Shown here: positions 36,250 through 50,245 of the stretch, one piece after another | Layout: each line of letters starts with the position of its first letter | How positions within the stretch are numbered: position 1 is the first letter of the stretch | Assembly (NCBI RefSeq): GCF_004010195.1 | Contig: NC_057754.1 | Span: 10,982,911 to 11,046,910, forward strand | Reading direction: 5' to 3' | Source of the DNA: Chiloscyllium plagiosum | Taxonomy: Eukaryota | Length of the DNA: 64,000 nucleotides | The notes under the pieces: generated by a model | Database searches by the model: none | Told to the model about the DNA's origin: nothing | What the model saw: only the letters and a program-made list of their open reading frames with translations | Position numbers and translations under genes: made by a program

Positions 36250-37362
36250 CAGACAGGCCAATGTGTCAAGGAATGGCAGACTGAATTAAATTCAGATAAA
36301 TGTGTAATGTTGCATTTTCGTAAGGCAAATCAGGACATTTATATTCAATTTTAGGGCCCTGGAGAGTGCTGCTGAGCAAAAAGTCCTTTCAATGCAGTTT
36401 CATAGTTTCTTGAAGGTGGATTCACAGATAGACAGAGTAGTATTATTCATTCACAGGATGAGGGCGTCGCTGGTCAGGCAGTATCTATTGCCCAGAGTGC
36501 AGTTAAGAGTCAACCAAATTGCTTTGGGTCTGGAGTCACTTGTAGGCCAGACTGGATAAGGTTGTCAGTGACCTTCCCTAAAGAGCAATAGTGAACCAGA
36601 TGGGTTTTTCCAACAACATTCAGTCATCATTAGATTCTTAATTCCAAATATTTATTGAATTCAAATTCTACACAGGATTCGAACCCAGGTTTCCTGAACA
36701 TTATCTGGGTCGCTGGTTCAAAAGACTATTGCTTCCCTATAATTAAGTATTAGTGAAGGCATTCGTGCACGTAGCTTTATTGGTCAGTGTATTGAATGTA
36801 GGAGTTGGAATGTCATGTTAACTCGGCTGTGTTCGACTTTGGTGAGGTCACTTTTGGAAAAAAAAATGAATTCAATTCTGGTCTTCCTGCCATATAAAAC
36901 ATGTTGTTTAATTTGCAAGAGTGCAAAAATATTTACAAGGATGTTACCAGGGTTAGAGATGTTGAGCTAGAGGGAGAGGCTGAAATGGCCGGGACTAATT
37001 TTCCTGTAACATCTGATGCCAAACGTTGCGTGAATTCATGAGGGGCGTGAATCAGGTCTTTTTTTCCCCAGTACAGGGGAGCCCAGAACTAGATAGCACA
37101 GATTTAGGTGAGCAGGGAAAAATTTAAAAGGGAGCTAAGGAACAACTTTTACACTCGGAGGACTGTTCGTATATGGAAGGAGCTGCCAGATTAAGTGACA
37201 GATGCTGGTACAATAAGATGGTATCAGGATGTGTACATTAATCGAAAGAGTTTACAGGGTTATGGGCTAAATGCTTGTAAATGAGACTCGGTTGATTTAG
37301 AATTTCTGGTCGATATGGGCAGTTGGACCAAAGGGTCTATTTCTGTGCTGTTAAACTCTATG
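36250..37362 (+). mobile_element. Old CR1 3' fragment containing a DeuSINE-like insertion (~36440-36745, -)
   Basis: Degenerate EWQTELNSDKC-type RT end and CR1 3' UTR. Confidence 0.65.
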
Positions 37363-38126
37363 ATGACGTTTTTAAAATGCTGAATACCTGGAGAGCACTC
37401 TTGGTTTTTGAGAATTAGGAAGTATATATTACAGATCTCCATACATCACCTAGTCGGGCACCCAATATTAGCAGGTGTCTTGGCTCAATTAAGGACCATT
37501 ACTTCTTGAGGAAAGTGAATGTGAAACACCGTCTATGTTCAAATTATACAGTGAATGTGGAACCCATTCCAAGTTTAAATTAAACAAGTAAATATCTGTC
37601 TTATCTGTTGTTAAAGTTCCTTTGTTGTCCCGTAGTCGAGATAAAGTTTGAATTTCTGATGGCAGAAGCAAGAATTGTTTCAACGTTTCAGTTCAGTTAA
37701 TGTCTTCAAGAACATCCGAGTCAATGACACAGCTTCTTAAAATAGACGAAGGAGCCTGGACAATCTCTGCTCTGTCGATCAGTTCAACATTCATTCTTCT
37801 CTGATTCCAGTGCCCAAATTGTTTCTAAATACTCACAAGGTTGGGGGCAATGTTTTCTGATCTCTTTCCTTTCGACTCACAGGAGATGCAGTGATTGCGT
37901 TGGTCGGTTTCAGAAATTGGAATTGCACATTAGCCCGATTTGGGGCCATTTCAGCTTAAAGTTCATGTCATGCCCCAGCTCATCGTAATGGCCCTGGAGA
38001 AGTTGCTTGTATTTTACCTAAAGATGTGTTTTATGGGAGGTACTTTTGCCTGGGAATGGGGTGGAGGGAGGTGACGTGAATCAAATGGAGCATGTATAAT
38101 CCTTGCTGTATACATCGCTGTCTGCT

Positions 38127-38185
38127 TTCCTGGTGGTCTAATGGCACGGACTCAGCGCTTTAAGTGCCGGGGCCGAGTCAAGGAA
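38127..38185 (+). pseudogene. Degenerate tRNA-Glu-like relic
   Basis: TTCCTGGTGGTCTAATGG...CAGCGCT...GGCC...GTCAAGGAA resembles vertebrate tRNA-Glu (TCCCTGGTGGTCTAGTGG...GGTCAGGGAA) but lacks the T-arm. Confidence 0.4.
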
Positions 38186-39549
38186 AAAGCGTTGATGACC
38201 TATATGAATGATTTTCATTCATCATAATGAATACGAAATCTTGATTGATCTTTTGGTGCATAATTATGTCGTGGACCGTCGGGAACATCAGTTACAAGTG
38301 TCTGACGTGTACTGGATTTAAAACATGATCAGAGGGGAGTCTGGATAAATCAAGGGCTATGATGGTTTATGGGAGGTTAACGCCAGTATAGTAGAGTAAG
38401 GTCAATGTGATTGCTGAAGATCGATTTTCACTGTTTTCTCTGGCACACAGAGGAGTCCACATCAATCACCTTCAATGACTCTATCTTGTGTGTTTCCCTC
38501 TGCTTCACCGTGGGGCAATTCCCTCAGAGAATGAGCGCTTCAGTCAGGTGAGCTGTGCAGTTTCATATTAAGACCATAAGATGTAGATTCAGAAGTAGTC
38601 CATTCAGCACATCATCTGTCCTTCACCATCCAATGAGTTCATGGATAATGTAATAATCGTTAAATTCACTTTGCCGCTCCATCCGCCATAAACCTTGATT
38701 TCAGACTGATTAAAAAGCTGTCCACCTCAGCGTTGAAACTGACGCATCAACGATAGTCGTCTATAGTAAAGAATTCCACAGATTTAATACCCTCTGACAA
38801 AAGAAATGCTTCCTCATCTTTGTTTTAAATGTGCGACTGCTTATTCTGAGATTATGTCCGCGAGTCTTAGTTTTAGCACACTTTTAGCACCAACCCTGTC
38901 AGGTCGCCGAAGAATCCTGTTTGTTTCAATAAGAAGCAGGTTGTATGTAATATTTTGGTGGAGCGGTCTAAAGAAGACGATTGCCTCTGCCAGAATGCTG
39001 TCCTTTCTGATAGGAAGCCATTACTGATTGTGGCAGAATTGCTCTGTTTTCACTGTCATTGTACCAGCTTGTAAAAATGAGATTTAATCAGAACGTTCCC
39101 TTTTGATAATGTTGAAGGCAAGAGGGATTTAACAGACCATTAGAGGTCCTGGTACCCTGTATGACATAAACCAAGGCAGCCTAATGTATGAAAACGGAGA
39201 CAGGGCTGAGTGGAGTATATGTAAAAGGCTGGGAGATTTTATTTTTATTCATTCATGAGATGACGGCATCGCTGGAATGGTCAGAATTTGTGGCCCACCT
39301 CACACTACCGAGAGGGCAGTTAAGAATGAAGCACATTATTGCCTCAGTCACACTTAGGCCACACCAGGTAAAGATAGCAGCTTGCTTCACTCAAGGGAAT
39401 TAGGAAATGCAATGCCGAGTCAGTCACGGTCCAGGGAAACATAAATGGAGCCCTCGCCAATTGTGAGTGTGACTTTACTATGAGTCCAGGAGGTATATTT
39501 TGTCCTGTGTTTTTTTTTTACATAGTAAGGTTGAGACCTAGTTTGTTTT

Positions 39550-39870
39550 TAATTATTTATTCACAGGATATGGGTGCCTCTGGCTAAGTCAGTATCTATT
39601 GCCCATCCCAAATGCACATTATTATGGACCAGGAGTGATGGGTCGGCCAGACCACGTAAGAAGGACAGATTTCCTTCATTAAAGGGCATTACTGAACCAG
39701 TTAGGTTTGTCCAGCAATCGACAATGGATTCGTGATTATTATTAGATCCAATTCAGGATTAATTTCAAATTCCACTATCTGCCATGGTGGAATTTGTACC
39801 TGGGTTCTCAGAACATTAGCTGAGCCTCTGGAATAATAATCTAGCCGTAATGCCGTTAGGCCATCACCTT
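39550..39870 (-). mobile_element. DeuSINE/SacSINE-like element
   Basis: Reverse-complement similarity to 46850-47390 and 36440-36745. Confidence 0.6.
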
Positions 39871-39899
39871 TCCAAAGCCCCAAAGCCAATACAATAAAC

Positions 39900-42800
39900 A
39901 GTTTGTGTGGCCACGTTCTTTTTTTTTAAGTCGGAAGAATAGAAGCAACCTGAATGATGAGGGTCAAGCTCCCACAGAACCAAGAGGTTTGTTGTAATTT
40001 TAGTATTCTGTAACAGTTGCTGTGGCCTTGAAGCTGGATGTTGGAAGACCTTACTCTTCTCTGGGCTAAATGCTGGGGTTTTCATCCTGCTGCTGGAATT
40101 GCATGCGAGACAATTTTAATTTTCAGAATTTGTCTTTATTGGACGTATTTATGAGATGCTCTGGTTAATTAGCAATAATTAATATGATATTTTATTTTGT
40201 TAAACATTTCGATAAAGTTGCAATTAAGCTAGTTATTCTCCCTTTTCTATCAGTATTTTACTGTAGTGTAAAAATGAAGTGTGTTTCGCTTATATTCAAT
40301 AGTTTGACCAATTGAATTCCATCTGAATGTAATACCTTACACTTACTTTTAATATAAGAAAAGCATATGTTCTGAACTATCTTCTAAATATACTTTGTGG
40401 AGGTCTAGTTCGTCCCATGACATTGGTTAATTTCATACGACCCAGTCTTAAAACCTGAAACCTAAACATTTTTTTAAGATGAGCCCAGACATTTCGACTA
40501 TTTTGAGGGCTTATAGTAAAGACTATCCACATAATTGGGATAAGTGAATTCCTTTTGTAGTTTTTTTTATGCTTAGAGGCACACCAAATGAATTGATCAA
40601 ATTCAGTCCATTTGAATTAGTTCTTGGGCATGAAGTAAGAAGACCACTGAAATTGATTGAGGAGAAATTAGTGAGTCAGAATTCAAAGGCCACAGACTTG
40701 TGTCAAACCTTCCGAACGATTAAGTTGAGCAGGGGAGTTGCTTTGACAGCATTTAAAAGAGTCGCAGCATGCAATGAAACAGGAAACGGGCAAGAGAAAA
40801 AAAACTTGCAATTTCACTATAGGGATAAGAAGTTACTGTTACTTCCAGTGATAGGTGAACCTTAAAAGACAAAGTTTAGTGGACTGTAGCAAGTCGAAAG
40901 TAAATTGAATGAGGTGCACCATGTGATAAGAACTCCAGATAGAAAGAAATCTCGCAGAGTCTGTCATGTGATTATGCTCAAAAGGTATTTTGATGGGGAA
41001 GGAAAACAAAATGAGAATATTTTGATGGTTACAACACAAACTGAAAAACCAAATTGAGAGGATTCTGAATTGGACATTCCTCAAATTAAATTTGACAATG
41101 AGGACGATTTCAAAAATTGGGATAATTATTCAATTACCTTCCCAAGGAAAATCGAAGTGCTCTGAAAGAGTTATTACTGTCGCATGAAGAGATATATGGG
41201 AATAAGCTGAGAAGTATTAACCTAATTATGCATGATGTCGAAACAGGAGCTGCTGTTCCAAAAAAAAGCAACATATTTATAGACTTAACTCCCCAGAGTT
41301 AACAAAAGTTTAGAAAGAGATCAAACATATGCTCCAAGACAACATATTCGACCTGATTTCAATGACTAGAGCTCACCCGTAGTAATAGTGTCAAAACCAT
41401 TTGGTATCTAATGGTTATATGTAGACTACCGCAAAGTCATCAATGCAGTCACAAAGTCTGAATCAGATCTGATTCCATATTTGGAAGATTGTATTGAAAA
41501 GGTGGGGCAAATAATTTATATTTCTGAGTTGGACTTACTCAGAAGATACTGGCAGGACCCTTTATCTGAAAGAGCAAAGGTGGTTGTAACACTGAATGTA
41601 CTGTATCAATTTAAATTCTTGCCATTTGTTATGAAAATTGCGCCAAACATATTTCAAAGAAGAGCCAGTAAAGTCATTTCTGGCTTACAATTTTGTGTGG
41701 TATACATTGACGACCTAGAGATTTTTATTTACACATGGAAGGAACATTTGCAGCATTTATAGGAATTATTCAGTCGACTTTAACATGCAGGTCTGGTGAT
41801 AAACCGTCTGAGAGTGAATTCACCAAAGCCCAAGTCACGTTATCGGACATTCACAGATGATTTCACGAAATGAGAAAGCAAAGGTTATTAGCGAATTCCC
41901 CAGACATGGACGAAGAGAGCAATATGAATCCTGGGATTGAGTGGGTTTCACTCGAAATACATGCGAACCTTTTACAATGTGACTGCTTCAGTGACTGACT
42001 TATTGAAGAAGTACCGAAAAGTAGAGGAATGTCAGAAGGCATTCGACAGCTTGAAAGCAATGTTACCCACTGCCCCAGTATTAGCCACACTCAATTACGC
42101 AAAGTCATTCAAGGTGGCTATTGATGCGAGTGATTTGGGTTTGGTGCTGTACTTTTACTTTGATGATAGTGATCACAATTTGGTTCGGTTTACTTTGCGA
42201 TGCAAAGGGATAGGAGTATACAGCAGGGCAAAAGATATATCTGGGGGCAAGACAACTATGATGTGATTAGGCAAGATTTAGGATGCGTAGGATGGGGAAG
42301 AAAACTGAAGGGGATGTGCACAATTGAAATAATGTACCCATCAGGCATGGAGGAAGTGGTCCAGCGAGGGAGCCATGGCTCACTAAAGAAGTTGAATCTC
42401 TTGTCAAGAGGAAGAAGAAGGTTTATGCAAAGATGAGACGTGAAGGATCGGTAAGGGCGCTTGAGAGTTACAAGTTCATCAAGAAACACCTAAAGAGAGA
42501 GGTAAGAAGAGCCAGAAGGGGATATGAGATGTCGTTGGCAGGTAGAATCAAGGAAAATCCAAAAGCTTTCTACAGGTATGTCAGGAGTAAAAGAATGACT
42601 AGAGGAAGATTAGGGCCAGTCATAGGCTGTAGTGGAAAGTAGTGTGTGGAGTCCGAGGAGATAGGAGAAGCGCTAAATGAATATTTTTCATCACTATTCT
42701 CATGGAAAATGATAACATTGTCGAGGAGATACTGAGATGCAGGCTATTACATTAGATGGGAATGAGGTTTATAAGGTCGAGGCGTTAGCAATTCTGGAAA

Positions 42801-45180
42801 GCATGACAAAAGGTAAGGCCTCTGTGCTGATGGGTTTTATCCTAGGATTCGCTAGGAAGCTAGGGAGGAGACGACAGAACCGTTGGCTTGGATATTTATA
42901 TCGTCATTGTCTACAGGAATAGTGCCAGAAGACTGGAAGATGGAAAACGTTGTCCCCTTGGTCAAGAAGGGGAGTAGGGACAATCCTGGTAATTATAGAC
43001 GAGTGAGCCGTACTTCAGTTGTGAGTAAAGTGTTGGAAAGGATTATAACAGAAAGGATTTATAATCATCTAAAAAGGAGTAATTTGATTAGGGATTGTCA
43101 ACACGGTTTTATGAAGGGTCATGCCTCACAAACCTTACTGAATTCTTTGAGATGGTCACCAAACAGGTGGATGAGGATAAAGCTGTTGATGTGGTGTGTA
43201 TGGATTTCAGAAAAGCGAATGATAAGGTGCTGCACGGTAGACTATTGTACAAAATGAGGAGGCATGGGATTGAAGGTAATTTAGCGGTTTCGATCAGAAA
43301 TTGGCTGGCTGAAAGAAGACAAAGGGTGGTGGTTGATGGGAAATTTTCATCCTGGAGTTTAGTTAATAGTGGTGTACCGGAAGGATTTGTTTTGGGGCCA
43401 ATGTTGTTTGTTATTTTTATAAATGACCTAGATGAGGGCATGGTTTAGTAAATTTGCGGATGACACTAAGGTGGCATGTGGACAGTGCTGACGGATGTTG
43501 CAGTTACAGCTGGACATAGATAAGCTGCAGAGCTGGGCTGAGCGGTGGCAAGTGGAGTCTATTACGGAAAAGTGGGAGGTGATTCACTTTGGGAGAAGTA
43601 ACACGAATACAGAGTACTGGGCTAAAAGTAAGATTCTTGGTAGTGTGGGAAAGCAGAGAGATCTCTGTGTCCATGTAGATAGAAGCCTGAAAGTTGCCAT
43701 CCAGGTTGATAGGGTTGTTAAGAAGGCATGCGGTGTGTCAGCTTTTCCTGTTAGAGGGTTTAGGTTTCAGAGCCATGAGGTCATGCTGCAGCTGTACCTA
43801 ACTCTAGTGCAGCCGCAGTTGGATAATGCGTACAGTTCTGGTCGCTGCATTATGGGAAAGACATGGATGCATTGGAAAGGGTGCAGAGAAAATTTGCCAG
43901 GATGTTGCCTGGTATGGAAGGAAGGGCTTATGAAGATAGGTTGATGGACTTGAGGCTGTTTTCATTTGAGAGAAGAAGTTTGGGAGGTGACTTAATGGAG
44001 ACATACAGGATCACCAGAGGATTAGATAGAGTGAACAGTGAGTGCCCTTTTCCTTGGATGGTGTGGCTTGCACGAAGGAACATAGCTTTAAATTGAGGAG
44101 TGATAGATATAGGACGGATGCCAGAGGTACGTTCTTTACTCAGAGAGTAACAGTAGTAGTCTCGCCAAATGTAAGGGCATTTAAATGATCATTAAATAAA
44201 CACATATATCATAATGGAATAGTGTAGGTTAGATGGGCTTCAGATTGTTTTCATGGGAAATCAAGGGCCGAAGGGCCTGTACTGCCCTGTAATGTTTCAT
44301 GTTCTGAACTCTAATGTTCTATGATGTTACAAGAAGAGAGCGAGAAGAACGAAAGACCATTTTTTTGTGGAGGAAATTGGACATTCACCAACAGAACTTT
44401 ACACAATTGAGAAGGAGACTTTGAGCTTGGTCTTGGCATTACAAAATTTGATGTACCAGAGACACTTATATAAACTGATCGCAGCCCATTAAAGTTTTTT
44501 TGGAAAAAAAAGGCAACAAAAATTCCAGACTGTTTAGATGGAACTCATTACTGTAGCCATTCGATTTGAAAATTATACATGTGGCAGGATGAGAAAACGT
44601 AATTGCTGATGCATAGTCGAATCTTGAAATAAAAGAAAGTGGAAGCATTTGGTGGCAGGAGTAAATGGATTGAAACAGAATGCCAGAGTGCATTATTTGC
44701 ATACTTAGAGACAATGTAATATATATTTGTTGTATTATACTAACAAAATAAGACTAATGGGTTTAAAATGAAGCCATCTTTGTATACTGACAGTTCAGTT
44801 TTATTTTTAAAGAGGGGAAGTGTGACAATGATGTCATGCTGGCAAGGTTATTTTATCCTTTTTTATTGAAGAGAGCTCATAATTACAGAGATGCCGATGA
44901 GTCAAAGGAGTTTAATAATGGAAGGGAAATGTTCAGTTCTCCTAGTTCAGTTTTTTTTTCTAGTTTGTTTAGCTGTAACAATCATAAAATGTGTGAATCC
45001 AGGGAGTTCCAAACTTCCGTGAAGAAATCTTCTGACTTTCTTCTGCCATCCCTTTGGATGTCGCTCTCTCCTGCCTGTAAAAATCTGCGCTTGAATTTCC
45101 TTTTTCTTTCCAAGAGGTGTGTTTATGGTATGCTATTGTATTGGAACAGTTAATTTGTAATTGTTACTGTATTATGATTT
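39900..45180 (+). mobile_element. Decayed Gmr1-like Gypsy element (LTR remnant, integrase C-terminus, RT, RNase H, PPT, 3' LTR from 44821), split by a CR1 insertion
   Basis: Integrase FSPFELVLGHEVRRPL precedes RT (LDLLRRYWQ, VYIDDL) and RNase H (FKVAIDASD, then EKETLSLVLAL after the CR1). PPT AAGAGGGGAAG abuts TGTGACA. Homologous to the - strand element at 16.1-19.6 kb. Confidence 0.85.
42160..44322 (+). mobile_element. CR1 LINE nested in the Gypsy RNase H region
   Basis: [63 protein letters not shown]; 3' tail near 44320. Confidence 0.9.
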
Positions 45181-45343
45181 GGAGGAGCCAGTGTTGAATT
45201 GGGGTGGATAAAAATCACACAACACCAGGATTAGTCCAACAGGTTTATTTGGAAGCACTAGCGTTTGAAACGCACTTCTTCATCAGGTGGTTGTGAAGCA
45301 GGACCGTAAGACACAGAATTTATAGCAAAAGATTACTGTGACA

Positions 45344-45963
45344 TGTTTTTTTTATGGACCAGGCCCGACCCTTCAAAATGTTTTTAAGCAGGCAGTCCAG
45401 ACTATAACTTTGCTATTCGTTTTAGATTAGTGCACAGTCGATATTCCATGATTGAATTAGCTGGTACAACTGCCAAGTTTAAAACAAACTGGATTTATTT
45501 CCGAAATTACAGAATGAAACACAAAGAACAAAAAAAAGAAGACCGGTAACTTATTCTGTCCAAACACCTGACAGACTATCTCGACTTAATGATGCTGTTC
45601 ACAAATACTCGCAACAATCCTCATAAACAGACCCCTTCGCACATAAAGTAAAAATGAAACAAAACACTTAGAGGTTACAAAGTCAGAAGAGAGAGTTCAG
45701 CAGCCTTTTCACACATCCACTGCTGTAACTAACTCTAATCTAAACGATGATTAGCTACCCAGCGAGCTGGATGCTCCCCTTCGATTATATTAGTATTTTT
45801 AAGACATGGAATTCTTAGGTTGGAGGCATTATCTGTTAGGGTTAAGCAAAAGGACCCAATAAAACCATTCAAAGACAATCAAGTTGCAGCCTGGCCAATT
45901 ACCCCCTCTCTGAAAAAAAACCTCAAGGGCATAGTAACCTTGTAAAAGACCAGCATTGTGACA
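45344..45963 (-). mobile_element. Solo LTR of the Gmr1-like family inserted in a Penelope-like remnant
   Basis: TG...CA ends; clearly similar to the LTR at 16110-16614 (e.g. 45471-45530 vs 16142-16200). Confidence 0.65.
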
Positions 45964-46849
45964 AGCTGAACTGTTATATTGCACAAATGTTATATTGTCA
46001 GGTCTTTCATCTTTTAGAATGGGTTTGCTGATTTCGGTTCTTTAATGTATAAATCCAAGAACTTATTTTATGTCACATTCTCAAGATAACTTAAGGTTTT
46101 ATTAAAAAAAAGTTGATATCTCAGCTCAGACAATGCATTAAAGGTGTGAGGTTAGAGTCTGTCGGCATCTTAATCTTGAATCGCACTTGTTCTACTTCCA
46201 AAGTGGAACGTACAAAGTATTACTTGGATTGACTGCTGACATTGACTGCCTGCATTTGTGCATTTCTGTGAGCAAAATAGAATGTATCTGCAAATATAAT
46301 TCTGCAAAAACAAATTCAAACCATAAACATGTATGTGTGTGCACATGCAGGAAAGAGAGAGAGACAAAGTGAGTATGTGTGTGTGAGTGTGAGTGCAGGT
46401 GAGAGAGTGTGTTTGTATGTGTGCAAGCTTGGTAAAGTCCGTGTTTAAGTGTCCCAAAATCTATCACTGAGGCATACAGGGTTTAATTACAATAGATGTT
46501 GTTTATCTAATCACCATTACGCTACTTTTACTTTTGTATTTTAAAATTAAAGTCACCATCTGTCTCACTCCCAGAGCTTTAACCGTGGTTTCTGGATGAT
46601 TAAATCAGTTATCACAACAGCACTGCCTCCCGGCATTGGTTGTAAGATCAAGCTTGGAGAACATATAATTTTGGTCATGTGCAACTTGACGATTGAACTT
46701 AGGTTTGTTTCAAGCGTAGTACAGGACTTCTGGAAAATTTCTGAAATAGAAAATCAAGGAAATAGATCTTGTTTGATAACTGTATTTCGGAGGTGAATTT
46801 GAATACGTAAATGTGCTCAGTAAAACATGTAATTAAATTCTACACAGCT

Positions 46850-47390
46850 GCAGATCCATCCATGGCAAATGGTGAAATTTGAACTCAATTTTTTAAAGTC
46901 TAGAATTTAAATTCTAACAAACCATCACGAATGGGGCGGCATGGTGGTTAGCACTGCTACCTCACAGCACCAGGGTCCTGGGTTCGATTCCCTCCTGTCT
47001 GTGTGGAGTTTGTGCATTCTCCCTGTGTCTGCGTAAGTTTCTTCCCGCAATCCAAAGATGTGCCGGTCAGGTAAATTGGCCATGCTAAATTGCCCAGAGT
47101 GTTAGTCAGGGGTAAATATAGGGTAGGGGGGTGGGTTTCTCTTCGGAGGGGCGATGTGGACCCCTTGGGCCGAAGGGCCTGTTTCCACACTGGAGAGAAT
47201 CTGTTTATTGGAAACACCGATCTGATGCCTTGATGAAAAATTCCATGCTTATCTGCTCTAGCCGACATGTGACTCCCGATCCACAGCAATATGGTTGACT
47301 CTGAGCTGTTCTCTAGGCAACCTAGAATAGGTAATAATTGTTGGCTTATCCAACAATGCCCTCATGCTCGGAATGAATGAATTTTTAAAA
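46850..47390 (+). mobile_element. DeuSINE/SacSINE-like element with a nested HE1 SINE (46933-47193)
   Basis: CATGGCAAATGGTGAAATTTGAA...CATGTGACTCC...CCACAGCAATATGGTTGACTCT Deu-type core, interrupted by HE1. Confidence 0.65.
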
Positions 47391-48520
47391 AAGAAAACAT
47401 TGTTGGCCAATAGTCAATTTTGATCAGTTAGAACAGTCATTTCCTGGTACTTATGTGGTACGCATAGTATTTTCACTTATCAGGCCAGACATCAAAGTTT
47501 TCCACGTCTACCTGCATGCAAAAATAGGTGCTTCAGTCTGTGACGAGCTGATAATGATGCTATACATTGTGTAGACATTAATAAGCATCAATGCTTCTAA
47601 TTTGAAGCTGGTGAATATGTTGAGAAATAGAAAACTATTCTGATGAAATTCTGCTATGGTTTTCCTGCAACTGAGATGAGGGGGTTTGGAAATACACCTG
47701 TCACGTCGAGGAATAGGAGTCTGTTGTCGTTCTCCTCCTCTTTTGTGAATTTTATGCCTGTCAGGATATTGTGGGGATATCCCCTAATTTGTTCCAATTT
47801 TTGATGACACAGGTGTTATCCACGTAGTGGACCCAAAATTTGGGTTGGATAGATAGGAGGGCTCTCAACATCAGGTTATAGTCCAACAGGTTTATTTGGA
47901 AGCACCTGCTTTCAGAGAGCTGATCCTTTATCAGGTGGTTTGCTGTAAATTCTGTGTCTTACGATCTTATACTTCACAACCACCTGATGAAGGAGCAGTG
48001 CTCTAAAAGCTAGTGCATCCAAATAAACCTGTTGGACTGTAGCCTGGTGTTGTGTGATTTTTACCTTTATACACTACAGTGCAACACTGGCATTTCCAAA
48101 TTTTGGAAATCCACAATCATCTTTCTTTGGGCTAACTACCATGGCTACTACCAGAGTTCAGCTAGGCTTTGTTAAACAGTCAAATGCCACATGGATGCCA
48201 AAGAGTCATAGAGTCTTATAGTACAGAGACAGCCTTTTGGTCCAAACTGGTCCATGCCGAACAAAATGTCCATCCACGCTAACCCCATTTCCCTGCACTT
48301 GACCCGAATCCTTCTAGTCCTTTCCAATCCATGTACTTGTCCAAATGCCTTTTAAGTAATGTTAATGTATTTGTCACAACCACTTCCGCTGGGAGCTCAT
48401 TCTATATGCAAACACCCTCTGTGCAAAAACGTTGTCCCTTAGGTTCCTCTTTATTCTTTTCCCTCTAATCTTAAATCTTTAGTCCTCGATTCTAGTACAT
48501 TCACCTTATTCATGCCTCTC

Positions 48521-49565
48521 AGAGCCCTCCTATCTATCCAACCCAAATTTTGGGTCCACTACGTGGATAACACCTGTGTCATCAAAAATTGGAACAAATC
48601 AGGGGATATCCCCACGATATCCTGACAGGCATAACATTCACAAAAGAGGAGGAGAACGACAACAGACTCCTATTCCTCGACGTGACAGTTGGACATACAG
48701 TTAATGGAGAACTTCAAACAACGTCTACAGAAAAAACAAACAGGACCACAGACCAAATACTTAACTTCAGAAGCAATCATCCCAACATCCACAAATGGAA
48801 TTTCATCAAGACATTATTTCAAGGAGCTACATCACACTGCAGCACCCAAGGACTACAAACAGTAGAAGAATAAGACAACGTTTTCAAGGTAAATGGGCAC
48901 CCGATCAACACAATCCACCGATTCCTCAGAAACAAACCCAAACAAGCATATACAACGCAACCAAAATCTACAGCCACATTATCTTACATCAAAGACATAC
49001 CAGAAATAACTTTCAGACTATTCAGACCATTTGGCATCATGGAAGCCCATAAACCTACCAAGCATTTAAACAGCGACTAATGAATCTAAAGGGTCCATTA
49101 GATACTACCAGAAAAACTAACATAATTTACAAAATACCATGCAAGAACTGTAAAAAGCACTGCATCGGACAAATAAGCAGGACACTTGCCACCATGATAC
49201 CTGAACACCAACTAGCCACCAAAAAAACATCATCCACTATCACTAGTTTCCATTTATACAGACAAAGAAAGACACCACGTTGACTGGGACAACACACACA
49301 TTCTGAGACAAGCCAAGCAAGACTCGCAGACACCTGGCATTCCAACCGGAACTCCATCAATAAACATATCTATTTAGAACCCATCTACCGTAAAGAACCG
49401 GAAGTGACATCACCCACCTTAAGAAACCAAGACCAAAAAAATAGAGAAGCGGGACATACCACCAGCGCTTCACCGGAGGCTCTCATTGATGATGTTAGCT
49501 AGTCATGGTGACGAAATGTCTAAAAACAAACCTTTCAGTTCAGCGAGCTAACTTACATCCATATC
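48521..49565 (+). mobile_element. Penelope-like RT/GIY-YIG 3' fragment
   Basis: ITFTKEEENDNRLLFLDVTV, DQILNFRSNHP, NIIYKIPCKNCKKHCIGQ (GIY-YIG); degenerate hammerhead near 49486-49522. Confidence 0.85.
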
Positions 49566-50245
49566 TTATACACCTTTATAATGTCCGTCCATCAGTCTCC
49601 TACGCTTTAAAGAAAAAGGTCCTGGATGTCCAACCTCTCCATATAACACATACCGATGAGTCTAGACAACATCCTTGTAAAGTCCTTCTGCTCTCTTTCC
49701 AGTTTAATAACATCATTCACATAATAAGGTGACCAAAACTGCACACAATACTCCAAGTGTGGCCTCACCAACGCCGTGTATAACTGCTACATAACTTCCC
49801 AACTTCTATAATCAATGCCTTGATTAATGAAAGCCAGTGTTCCAAAGTGTTGCCTACCTGTGTCTTCACTTTCATAGAACTGTGAACCTGAAATCCAAGA
49901 CCATTCTGTTCCACTACACTCCTTAAGGCCCTACCATTCACCATTAAACTCTTACCTTGATTTGACTTTGAAAACGCAAGACCTCACACTTATCTATATT
50001 AAACTCCATTTGCCATTTCTGGGTCCACTTCCCCAGCTGATCAAGGTCCCGTTGCAATTTCTGATAACCTTCCTTGCTGTCCACAATGCCACGTATTTTA
50101 GTGTCATCAGCAAACGTACTAATCAAACCTTCCACATTCGCATCCAAATTATTGATATAGGTACAAACAGGAAAGGCTCAGCACTGACCCCTGAGGCATT
50201 CCAATAGTCACAGGCCTCCAGTCTTACAAGCAACTTTCAACTTTG

